From NCBI GenBank assembly GCA_964650355.1, contig CAZYTL010000010.1:1-59917 (forward strand): a stretch of DNA of 59,917 nt, in the 5' to 3' direction. Shown one piece after another: positions 25,940-33,357 of the stretch (position 1 is its first letter; the number at the start of each line of letters is the position of its first letter). This DNA is from an uncultured Gammaproteobacteria bacterium (GTDB lineage Bacteria > Patescibacteriota > Microgenomatia > CAYXHB01 > CAZYTL01). The position numbers and the translations under genes were made by a program. The notes under the pieces were generated by a model that ran no database searches, was not told the DNA's origin, and saw only the letters and a program-made list of their open reading frames with translations.

Positions 25940-26058
25940 CAGCAATCAGTAAGCAGTGAACATAGAACATGGAACATAGAACAGCGAATATAGAACAGCG
26001 AACAATGAGCATAGAACATAAAACATAGAGCAGTGAACAATGAACAATAAATAGAAAC
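25940..26058. repeat. Degenerate heptanucleotide tandem array (17 units, consensus CATAGAA)
   Basis: CAGCAAT CAGTAAG CAGTGAA CATAGAA CATGGAA CATAGAA CAGCGAA TATAGAA CAGCGAA CAATGAG CATAGAA CATAAAA CATAGAG CAGTGAA CAATGAA CAATAAA TAGAAAC. The array lies between the deacetylase stop and the GT2 start. Confidence 0.8.
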
Positions 26059-26070
26059 TGAAAGAGGGTT

Positions 26071-27177
26071 ATGAAAAAGAAACGACGATTAGTGTCTTTC
26101 CGAGTGGCAATATTGATTCCGGCTTTTAACGAAGCGAAGGTAATTGGTGGGACAATTAAGGCTTTGAAGAAGTTTAAACCCAGTAGGGACATTTATGTGG
26201 TGGACGACGGGTCTAAGGATGGTACATCCCAAATTGCCAAGAAGTTATTGCCCAAGGGAAATGTGATTAGACTGACAAACGGAGGTAAGGTGAAAGCGAT
26301 TAACCAAGGAATCAAACAGTTTAGTTTATTAAAAAAGTACGATTATTTGATGCCGATCGATGCTGATACAGTGGTGGAAAAGGGATTTTTCCCAAGTGTG
26401 AGGAAAGTGTTGCAAGCTGATAAAGAAGAAATGATCGTGGCGGTAGTAGGAAGAGTGAGGGGAAGAGCGAATAATTGGCTGACGAGTTATCGAATGTGGG
26501 AATATGAGGTGAGTCAAGCAATTCATAAGCGAGCGCAGGAAGTAATGAGAGCGGTTTTGGTGTGTCCGGGTTGTTCTACCGTGTTTAGAACCAGATTGTG
26601 GTCTGATTTACAGATGCCAATAGGAACGCAGACAGAAGATATGGATCATACATGGCAGATTTATAGGCGAAATTTGGGTAAGATAGTCTATTGCGATCGA
26701 GCGGTGGTGACGACTCAGGATCCGAGGGCAATTCGAGATTATGTGAAGCAAATCAAGCGTTGGTATTTGGGATTTTGGCAGTGTTTAATCAAGCATGAGA
26801 TTCCCTGGGGAGGACAAACCTTGGACTTGGAGGTGACATTACAGGCAATTGAAGGTTTGTATTACGGATTGTTAGCATTGGTAACTGTGGTGGGTTGGCC
26901 GGTGGTGGTGGTGACGGGAAGATGGTGGATTCTGAGTGTGCCGTGGGCGATTGATTTAGGTTTGTTTTTGATACCAACGTTGATGTACGCGAGCTGGCGG
27001 TTGCGGACGCTGAGACTGTGGAAGTACTTTCCGATTTTTTACGGATTAAGGATTCTTAGTAGTCTGGTGTTTTTGTGGGCGTTCGTCAAGATTTGTTTAT
27101 GGGGTGACAGAAGATTGAGTTTGAGTTGGGATACGCAAAGATATTTAGTTGAGGCTCGTTCGATTTATAAAGTCTAG
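26071..27177 (+). CDS. Processive family-2 glycosyltransferase (NodC/PgaC/chitin-synthase-like)
   Basis: VAILIPAFNE, VVDDGSKDGT, PIDADT (DxD), TEDMD (ED) and QIKRW (QxxRW), plus C-terminal TM helices. Confidence 0.85.
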   Translation: MKKKRRLVSFRVAILIPAFNEAKVIGGTIKALKKFKPSRDIYVVDDGSKDGTSQIAKKLLPKGNVIRLTNGGKVKAINQGIKQFSLLKKYDYLMPIDADTVVEKGFFPSVRKVLQADKEEMIVAVVGRVRGRANNWLTSYRMWEYEVSQAIHKRAQEVMRAVLVCPGCSTVFRTRLWSDLQMPIGTQTEDMDHTWQIYRRNLGKIVYCDRAVVTTQDPRAIRDYVKQIKRWYLGFWQCLIKHEIPWGGQTLDLEVTLQAIEGLYYGLLALVTVVGWPVVVVTGRWWILSVPWAIDLGLFLIPTLMYASWRLRTLRLWKYFPIFYGLRILSSLVFLWAFVKICLWGDRRLSLSWDTQRYLVEARSIYKV

Positions 27178-27421
27178 TAATGACAATTATCCAGCATTAT
27201 TAGGAAAGGATTATTAGTTTAATAGGATTAAGTTAACCAATACAAATTATATGTATAGTACAATACCACCAATTAACTCTTTATCCTTGATTGTGCATTT
27301 GACTGTACTGGTGATTCACAAATTAAAGGTGATGTTGCGCTTATGATAAGTAGATCAGAGAAACAAAACCGAATCCGGGGTTGGTGATAGAGGTCTAGGT
27401 TTCAGGTATACTACAACGTAT

Positions 27422-28531
27422 GTGATAGGGAAGAAAGTTATAAATAAACTGATTGTCGGTATGAGCGTGGTGGTGAGCCTGGTGATGGTTTCTCTGGTGA
27501 TTAAGTATACAGTCAATCAGGGTCGGGGTGGGTGGTTGTTACCTGAGGGAAATTCAAGTACTTTGGATTGGTTAAGCACAGGTGACAAAGAGACAGAGAA
27601 AACTGAGTATCGCGGGTGGGTGGCTTGGTGGAATGAAGATGCAGCATTGATAAGTTTGGAAGACGCGAATGAAAGATTGAGTAGAGTTTTACCGGTGTGG
27701 TACGCAATTGATGAAGACGGCAGATGGAAAGAAACAGGAGCCCGGAGACAAGAGGAGATGAGACAGTTGTTTGAGGACAAAGACATGAAAGTAATGCCAA
27801 CAATCGGTAATGATTTTGACAAGCAGCGGGTAAGTAAATTGTTGAGTGACCAGAGGTTGCGGACGGCTTTTATTGAGCAAACTATTCGATTGGCTAAGGA
27901 AAAAGGATATGATGGATGGGACGTAGATTGGGAGCAGATAGATACAGCTGACAGTCAAAGATTCGCGGAATTTGTTGCTGAATGGACGAAAGCTTTGCAT
28001 GCTGAGGGCTTGGAGACTTCGGTTGACGTGCATGCACTGACCGGGAGTAAATCTGATTGGGTAGAAGCTCTGGGGCATGATTACCAGTTACTAGCCAAGT
28101 CGGCCGATTGGGTGCAAGTGATGGCCTATGATTATCATTTTTCTGAGTCTGCTCCCGGGCCGATAACGCCCTTGAATTGGTTGAGGGAGGTGATTGAGTA
28201 CAGTATAAATTATATTCCCGAGGAGAAATTAGTGTTGGGTTTGCCGGTTTACGGATATGACTGGTCCGGTAACTCCGGGGAATCAATTCAATATTATGAG
28301 GCAATGAGAAGACTTAACGGTTACGGTGGAGAGTGGGAGAGGGATAAGACATCGGGAGCATTAAAAGGTGAGTACGAAGCTGGAGGCCAAAATCATGTTA
28401 TTTGGTTTGAAGATGCGGAGAGTGTAGTACAAAAGGTGAAGTTAGCAGAAAGGTATGGAATTAACAAGTTCGTGTTTTGGAGGTTAGGAGACGAGGATGA
28501 GAGGATGTGGGAGATGTTGCCGGAGCGTTAA
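27422..28531 (+). CDS. Glycoside hydrolase family 18 (chitinase-like), membrane-anchored
   Basis: GYDGWDVDWEQ matches the DxxDxDxE catalytic motif. GTG start and an N-terminal TM helix. Confidence 0.8.
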   Translation: MIGKKVINKLIVGMSVVVSLVMVSLVIKYTVNQGRGGWLLPEGNSSTLDWLSTGDKETEKTEYRGWVAWWNEDAALISLEDANERLSRVLPVWYAIDEDGRWKETGARRQEEMRQLFEDKDMKVMPTIGNDFDKQRVSKLLSDQRLRTAFIEQTIRLAKEKGYDGWDVDWEQIDTADSQRFAEFVAEWTKALHAEGLETSVDVHALTGSKSDWVEALGHDYQLLAKSADWVQVMAYDYHFSESAPGPITPLNWLREVIEYSINYIPEEKLVLGLPVYGYDWSGNSGESIQYYEAMRRLNGYGGEWERDKTSGALKGEYEAGGQNHVIWFEDAESVVQKVKLAERYGINKFVFWRLGDEDERMWEMLPER

Positions 28532-29052
28532 GTTGAGGAAGGATGTTGTTGTAACCAGGTGAGCATTTGTTGGTGGTTTTGCCAACCGATTTGCGGGAGG
28601 TGATCAAGGTTGAACCATTTGATTTGGCTATTTTCTTCAGGATCAAGGTTACGGAGGGTTCCAATAGCAGTAGTGAGGTAGAAGAAGACCAGATGGCCTG
28701 GTTCGCGGGGATCGTCGGTGGAAGCCAGTACTTTGATAAGTTGGGACTTTTTGGCTGTGAGCCCGGTTTCTTCTTTGACTTCACGAATGAGAGTGTCCTC
28801 CGGATGTTCTCCGTAATCAACAAAACCGGCAGGAAACATCCAGGTATTTTGGTAAGGGGGTCTGGTTCTTTTGACGAGTAAAACTTGGTGGTCCTTGGTG
28901 ATCATGGCTGCTGCGGCTTGGGTGACACTGGGATAGTAGGTCCACTTACATGACGAGCAATATTTCCTGGTTTTACCTTCTTCTTTTCTGGTGGATAGCT
29001 GACGGCCGCAAAAGGGACAATATTGGTAGTTGGGCGGAGTGAGTTTGAGCAT
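28528..29052 (-). CDS. NUDIX hydrolase with N-terminal zinc ribbon (NudC-like architecture)
   Basis: CPFCGRQL..CSSCKW, then the Nudix box GFVDYGEHPEDTLIREVKEETGL. Confidence 0.85.
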   Translation of the reverse strand: MLKLTPPNYQYCPFCGRQLSTRKEEGKTRKYCSSCKWTYYPSVTQAAAAMITKDHQVLLVKRTRPPYQNTWMFPAGFVDYGEHPEDTLIREVKEETGLTAKKSQLIKVLASTDDPREPGHLVFFYLTTAIGTLRNLDPEENSQIKWFNLDHLPQIGWQNHQQMLTWLQQHPSST

Positions 29053-29054
29053 AG

Positions 29055-29597
29055 CTAACTGCGTTGAGATAGGGTGCGTTGGTAGAGTTGGTGGTCGGAT
29101 GATGAATGAAGGACGAAGATCACCTTTTCCAGTTTGGAGTGAGAAAGATAGTCTTTAACGGTTTGAATCGCGATACGAGCGGCAGCCTTTTTGGGGTAAC
29201 CGTAGACGCCGGTGGAGATGGCCGGAAAAGCAAGGGTTTTGACACCTTGAGAGTCAGCCAGTTTGAGGGAGTTGAGGTAACAGGAGGTGAGCAATTTGGC
29301 TTCACCCGAGGTACCGCCTTGCCAAACTGGTCCGACAGTATGAATGACGAATTTGGCGGGCAACCGGTAGCCAGAGGTGATTTTAGCCTGGCTGGTGAGG
29401 CAGCCGTTTAAGGTGCGACATTTTGCGAGTAATTGAGGACCGGCAGCAGCATGGATGGCTCCGTCTACTCCCCCACCCCCCAAGAGGGTAGGGTTGGCGG
29501 CGTTGACAATGGCATCGGCTTTTACTTGAGTTATGTCTCCGAGCATGAGTTGGATTTTGGAAGGCGGCTTGATCGGCGGGTGCGGCTTGGAATTCAT
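29055..29597 (-). CDS. Macro domain protein (O-acetyl-ADP-ribose deacetylase / YmdB-like)
   Basis: [34 protein letters not shown] and [13 protein letters not shown]. Confidence 0.9.
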   Translation of the reverse strand: MNSKPHPPIKPPSKIQLMLGDITQVKADAIVNAANPTLLGGGGVDGAIHAAAGPQLLAKCRTLNGCLTSQAKITSGYRLPAKFVIHTVGPVWQGGTSGEAKLLTSCYLNSLKLADSQGVKTLAFPAISTGVYGYPKKAAARIAIQTVKDYLSHSKLEKVIFVLHSSSDHQLYQRTLSQRS

Positions 29598-29974
29598 TGG
29601 ATATTAAGAATTATACTACGTTGCCGGGGTCCGTAAAATTCCACTAAGACAACCCGCTGCCAGGTGCCGAGAACAAGTTGGTTGTGGTTGACAGGCAAGG
29701 TGAGTGAGGTGCCAATGAGAGAAGAGAGGATGTGGTCATGGGTATGAGAAGGATCATGGGGATGCCGGAAATCGAGTTGAGGAATGAGTTTCTCAAAAGC
29801 ATCAAGCATGTCCAAGTCTGTACCGGGATCCAGGTCCGCGGTGGTGAGGGCACAAGTAGTGTGGGTGACAAACAGGTGGCAAAGGGTGGCTTCGTTAGTC
29901 AGGTGTTGGTTGACCTGGTCGGTGAGGTCGATGATTTGCCTATGTTTGGTGGTGTTAACGATAATTTGATTCAT
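29594..29974 (-). CDS. YjbQ/UPF0047 family protein (secondary thiamine-phosphate synthase-like)
   Basis: [32 protein letters not shown] and [12 protein letters not shown]. Confidence 0.85.
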   Translation of the reverse strand: MNQIIVNTTKHRQIIDLTDQVNQHLTNEATLCHLFVTHTTCALTTADLDPGTDLDMLDAFEKLIPQLDFRHPHDPSHTHDHILSSLIGTSLTLPVNHNQLVLGTWQRVVLVEFYGPRQRSIILNIQ

Positions 29975-29980
29975 AATTGG

Positions 29981-30985
29981 TTAGAGGATGATAGAGGCGA
30001 TAGTGAGATAGATGGTGATGCTGATGAGATCCTGGAGGGTGGTCCCGATGGGACCGCTAATATTGGCAGGGTCAACTTTCAGAATTCGAAACAGAGTGGG
30101 GACGGCCAGGCCGGTAAACAAAGAAGAAAGAATGCTGGCAAAAATGGCGAGTGAGAGGATCGTGGGCAGGAGGATCTGGTGGTAAACCCCGGAGGTAATT
30201 AGCCATAAGCTAGCGCTGATGATCAGGGCCATGAGCACGACGATGGAGAAATGGCGCTTAAAGTAGGCGATGATTTTGATTTTAGGTGTGAGTGCGGTGT
30301 CACGGATAAAGAAAACCTGCATTTGGGTGGAGATGGCGCTGGCGGTATAGGCCACCAGAGGCAGGAAGCCAACCAAGAGAAGATCTTTACTGATCACTGC
30401 CTGATAACTGTTGATCACCCGGGCAGTGATCAGATAGCCAAACATGCCCAGAACCAACCAGGGTAATCGGTGATATAAGGATTTGGTTCTGGGAATTTTC
30501 ATGATGTTTTCGTTCTGAGATGACTGGATTCCGGCAAAGCGGAGCAGGTCTTCCTGAGCTTCCTGAAAGGTAATGTCCAGAATGGCATCACTGGGTACAA
30601 TACCGAGAAATTTGTCATCTTTGTCCACCACAGGTACTGATTTGAGACTGTTTTTCATAGCTAAATAAGCAACTTTTTCTTGATCGGTGTGGGGGTGAAC
30701 CGTAATAAGAGGTGAGCGCATGACTTCGGCAAGTTCGTTATCAGCTGGGAGTCTGAGTAAATCTCTGAGGGAAAGAACTCCAACCATGCGATGGTTTTTG
30801 TTTACGATATATAAGTAGTTGATGGATTCAAAGGTGGCTAAGTTTTTTTGGAAGTGTTTGCGAGCATCCCCGACAGTAAAGTCAGATAAGGCGATGGGCA
30901 CGTTGGTAATCATGAGGCGCCCGGCGGTTTTGGAAGGGAAGGAATCTGGATTGGAAGGAGTAGAGGAATTTGAAGAGTGAGTCAT
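29981..30985 (-). CDS. mgtE: Magnesium transporter MgtE (CBS pair plus MgtE membrane domain)
   Basis: The start is moved to the ATG at 30985 (MTHSS..). It has CBS-type repeats, the EDLLRFAGI linker and a C-terminal GPIGTTLQDLISITIYL membrane domain. Confidence 0.8.
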   Translation of the reverse strand: MTHSSNSSTPSNPDSFPSKTAGRLMITNVPIALSDFTVGDARKHFQKNLATFESINYLYIVNKNHRMVGVLSLRDLLRLPADNELAEVMRSPLITVHPHTDQEKVAYLAMKNSLKSVPVVDKDDKFLGIVPSDAILDITFQEAQEDLLRFAGIQSSQNENIMKIPRTKSLYHRLPWLVLGMFGYLITARVINSYQAVISKDLLLVGFLPLVAYTASAISTQMQVFFIRDTALTPKIKIIAYFKRHFSIVVLMALIISASLWLITSGVYHQILLPTILSLAIFASILSSLFTGLAVPTLFRILKVDPANISGPIGTTLQDLISITIYLTIASIIL

Positions 30986-31098
30986 ATAAAGTACAGATTG
31001 GTTTGATATGCTAATACTAACACAAAAGGTGCACGATGAGCGGTGATGTCGGGATGCCTTAAAGGAGAAAAAGTGGTAGAATGAAGGCAAAAGATAAA

Positions 31099-31157
31099 CG
31101 GGGTGTGGTCCCCTTGGGATTGGTAGCCCCGAAGGGGGCCCTTAGGGCCGCGCTCAA
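31099..31157 (+). pseudogene. tRNA-Pro-derived 5' fragment interrupted by GC-rich palindromic inserts
   Basis: CGGGGTGTGG (equals tRNA nt 1-10), then [TCCCCTTGGGA], TTGGTAGC (equals the D loop/stem), [CCCGAAGGGGGCCCTTAGGGC], CGCGCTC (equals the D stem and anticodon stem), then AAAGGGG. Confidence 0.55.
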
Positions 31158-31170
31158 AGGGGATTTTTAT

Positions 31171-31437
31171 ATGAGTTGGTCACTGTATTTCCTTCAAAGT
31201 CTAAAAGATGAAGGTTTTTATATTGGGTGCTCAGAAGATCCGATTAAAAGACTTGATAAATATCATAATAGAGGAAAAGTAAAAAGCACAAAATCGCGGG
31301 CGCCGTTTAAATTAGTTTATTTTGAAGAATATGAATCAAAGACTGAAGCTTATAAGAGAGAATATTTCTTGAAACGTCCTAGTGGATATCAAGATAAGTT
31401 GAAGATTATTAAGAAGATTTTGCGGGGTGTGGCGTAG
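31171..31437 (+). CDS. Small GIY-YIG nuclease-domain protein
   Basis: 88 aa starting from the ATG at 31171. LYFLQSLKDEGFYIGCSEDPIKRLDKYHN..FKLVYFEEYESKTEAYKREYFLK carries the GIY..YIG..R..E pattern. The last five codons and the stop lie inside tRNA-Pro. Confidence 0.7.
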   Translation: MSWSLYFLQSLKDEGFYIGCSEDPIKRLDKYHNRGKVKSTKSRAPFKLVYFEEYESKTEAYKREYFLKRPSGYQDKLKIIKKILRGVA

Positions 31438-31495
31438 TTGGTAGCGCGCTCGCATGGGGTGCGAGAGGTCACCGGTTCGAGTCCGGTCACCCCGA
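31423..31495 (+). tRNA. tRNA-Pro (anticodon GGG)
   Basis: Hand-folded cloverleaf. Acceptor stem CGGGGTG/CACCCCG (C1-G72, A73). D stem GCGT/GCGC with loop AGTTGGTA. Anticodon stem CTCGC/GCGAG with loop A-T-GGG-G-T (U33, G37). Variable loop AGGTC. T arm ACCGG-TTCGAGT-CCGGT. No encoded CCA. Confidence 0.88.
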
Positions 31496-31511
31496 CTAAT
31501 GAAAGCTTCCT

Positions 31512-31549
31512 GGAGTGTTGGTAGACCCGAAGGGGAGAGGTCACCGGTT
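31512..31549 (+). pseudogene. tRNA-Pro-derived fragment (D-loop-like plus variable/T-arm segment)
   Basis: GGAGTGTTGGTAG resembles GGCGTAGTTGGTAG of the tRNA. GAGAGGTCACCGGTT (31535-31549) is an exact 15-nt copy of tRNA positions 31463-31477. The anticodon arm is replaced by CCCGAAGGGG. Confidence 0.55.
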
Positions 31550-31596
31550 TCCGTCAAAGGCGGACAAGCGCGTCTGGCTAACCTGACTTAGTTTTT

Positions 31597-32610
31597 TTAT
31601 TTGAGGTATTTTTCGACGTTTTGGTTGTGTTCTTCCAGGGTTTTGGAGTAATGCATCCGGCCTTGGTTATCGGTGAGGTAGTACCAGTAGTCTGTTTCTG
31701 TGGGATCAAGAGCGGCTTTAAGGGCGGTAAGGCTAGGGTTGGAAATGGGAGCGGGAGGCAGGCCGGGATGGGTGTAGGTGTTGTAAGAAGAATTAATATC
31801 TTTATCTGCGACGGTGGGGGTGGGCCACCAGTCATTAATAGCTGTTAGCTTATAGCTGTTAGCTGCTAGCTGGTTGGTCACTTTAGCGTATTGAAGAGTG
31901 GCGTCGGCCTGTAATGGCCAGTTGTTTTGGTAGCGCTTGATAAGAATACCGGCAACGATGGGGTAATCTGCAGGCGTGGCAGTTTCCCGATCAAGGATGG
32001 AAGCGAGGATGACGGCTTGTTGGAAAGTGAAGGGGTGAGGTACGGTGGTGGCAGAAGCAAGTAAGGGTTGAGTTTTGGTCGTAAAGGTGTCAGTGAGGAG
32101 TCTGGTGATTTGAGCGGCTGTGGTGGTTTCTGGAATCAGGTAAGTATCAGGAAAGAGATGGCCTTCAAGATCCTGGGTAAGTTGGAGAAATTCTGATTGA
32201 GAGAAGGTGGCCGAGGGGAGATTTTGAGCCAGCTCCTGAACGATTTGTTCCCGGCGCCAGCCTTCGATAAAGGTGACCCAGATTCCCTGAAAGCCTCCCC
32301 TACTGAGGTGATCAATGATTTGGGGGATGGACCAGGATGTGGAAAGTCTGAATTGGCCGGCTCTGAGATTGGTTTGCGACTGGTGAAGTTTAGTGTAAAA
32401 TCTAAAAGCTAAGGGATTTTTAATCAACTTTTCTTGTTTGAGAAGGTCGGCTACTTTGGTGGCAGATGAACCTTTGGGGATGATGACGGAGTGAAAAGTT
32501 TCGGTGTTAGAAACAGGTTGGAGGGCATTTTGGTACCAGAGATAAGTTGAGAGAATACCAACTAAGATGACTGTGGTAATGATGGCGAGAATTTTAAGAG
32601 AAGTACGCAT
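31597..32610 (-). CDS. mltG: Endolytic murein transglycosylase MltG (YceG family)
   Basis: N-terminal TM helix, LEGHLFPDTYLIP, ILASILDRET and NSSYNTYTHPGLPPAPISNP. ATG at 32610; the alternative start is 32631. Confidence 0.85.
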   Translation of the reverse strand: MRTSLKILAIITTVILVGILSTYLWYQNALQPVSNTETFHSVIIPKGSSATKVADLLKQEKLIKNPLAFRFYTKLHQSQTNLRAGQFRLSTSWSIPQIIDHLSRGGFQGIWVTFIEGWRREQIVQELAQNLPSATFSQSEFLQLTQDLEGHLFPDTYLIPETTTAAQITRLLTDTFTTKTQPLLASATTVPHPFTFQQAVILASILDRETATPADYPIVAGILIKRYQNNWPLQADATLQYAKVTNQLAANSYKLTAINDWWPTPTVADKDINSSYNTYTHPGLPPAPISNPSLTALKAALDPTETDYWYYLTDNQGRMHYSKTLEEHNQNVEKYLK

Positions 32611-32690
32611 ATAGGGATATAAATAAAGCACACGAGATGAACGGGATACTGAGGTATAGTACGTTGCTGATGCTGTTCATCCGGTGTGCG

Positions 32691-32894
32691 TCATTTGACT
32701 TCTTCGATAAGGGCGCGGCGATATTTGTTGTTGGTGCGGTCGTGAATGAAGATGCGGCCGCATTTGCAGGTGACTTGATCTTCTTTGGAGTTCAGTTTTT
32801 TGATTTTACCTTTTTCCAAGGGCGTGCCGCAACCTACACACTGACCGCGGGAAAGTAACCAGGCTTGGACTGGGGAGATGAGATTTTTGAACAT
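32691..32894 (-). CDS. Small zinc-ribbon protein
   Basis: 67 aa with the cysteine pairs CVGCGTPL ... CKCGRIF. Confidence 0.45.
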   Translation of the reverse strand: MFKNLISPVQAWLLSRGQCVGCGTPLEKGKIKKLNSKEDQVTCKCGRIFIHDRTNNKYRRALIEEVK

Positions 32895-32940
32895 AGAGAA
32901 TTTAGCTGATAGCTTTTAGTTTGGTTTGTTTTATTATATA

Positions 32941-33330
32941 TTAATTTTGTGAATCAAGGTAGGTTTGGAGAATGACTGCGGCTGCCAGCTGATGTTCCTG
33001 TTGTTTTATTTTAAGTTTATTCTTCCCGGCTTGTCTACCCAGAAATTGTGCCTGTTTAGAGGTGTGGGATTCATCCACAAAAGTGACAGGTAGTTGGGTA
33101 ACTGTTTGTAATTTTTGGCCGAACTGTTCAACTGCGGGTTTTACTTCTCCCGAGGGCAGGCCGACAATCAAGTGGTTAATATGATATTGTTCGATGATGC
33201 GGATGAGGGTGTCCAGAGCATGTTGCGAAGACTGGGGTTGGAAGGTGGAGAGAGGTTCAGCTAAAGGAGTATCAAGGGCAATGGCCAGACCAATGTGGTG
33301 GAGACCGTAGTCGATGGAGAGGTAATTCAT
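32941..33330 (-). CDS. ruvX: Holliday junction resolvase-like protein RuvX/YqgF
   Basis: MNYLSIDYGLHHIGLAIA (the DYG..IG start motif), VGLP and DESHTS. Confidence 0.85.
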   Translation of the reverse strand: MNYLSIDYGLHHIGLAIALDTPLAEPLSTFQPQSSQHALDTLIRIIEQYHINHLIVGLPSGEVKPAVEQFGQKLQTVTQLPVTFVDESHTSKQAQFLGRQAGKNKLKIKQQEHQLAAAVILQTYLDSQN

Positions 33331-33357
33331 AAAGGTAGCTGGTGGTTGGTGGGGTGT

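Noticed and set aside
25651-26192. Minus-strand ORFs 25651..26040 and 25932..26192 with striking CSLFY/CSMFH peptide repeats
   Set aside because: The repeats are a direct translation of the CATAGAA heptamer array (7-nt period, giving a 7-aa period). The ORFs overlap the deacetylase and GT2 genes, so they are not credible coding sequence.
27251-27346. 31-codon hydrophobic ORF (MYSTIPPINSLSLIVHLTVLVIHKLKVMLRL) in the 243-nt AT-rich spacer before the GH18 gene
   Set aside because: There is no ribosome-binding site or promoter signal, and an AT-rich spacer easily yields such ORFs by chance. Nothing supports it without comparative data.
29055-29597. Macro-domain protein as a DarG-type antitoxin
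   Set aside because: It is a single-domain 180-aa YmdB-like protein without the DarG C-terminal domain. No DarT/DUF4433-like neighbour is present, and the flanking genes are yjbQ and a NUDIX hydrolase.
29981-31437. Long N-terminal extensions of mgtE (to 31090) and of the GIY-YIG ORF (from 31081)
   Set aside because: The two extensions overlap each other on opposite strands. The GIY-YIG extension is simply the translation of the tRNA-derived and palindromic repeat debris (..PLGLVAPKGALRAALKG..). The internal ATGs at 30985 and 31171 give family-typical N-termini.
31099-31495. tRNA-Pro with an intron encoding a GIY-YIG homing endonuclease
   Set aside because: An uninterrupted, fully foldable tRNA-Pro exists at 31423-31495. 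The upstream 5' fragment has its D arm disrupted by palindromic inserts, so it cannot serve as a 5' exon. No group I intron core was recognised.
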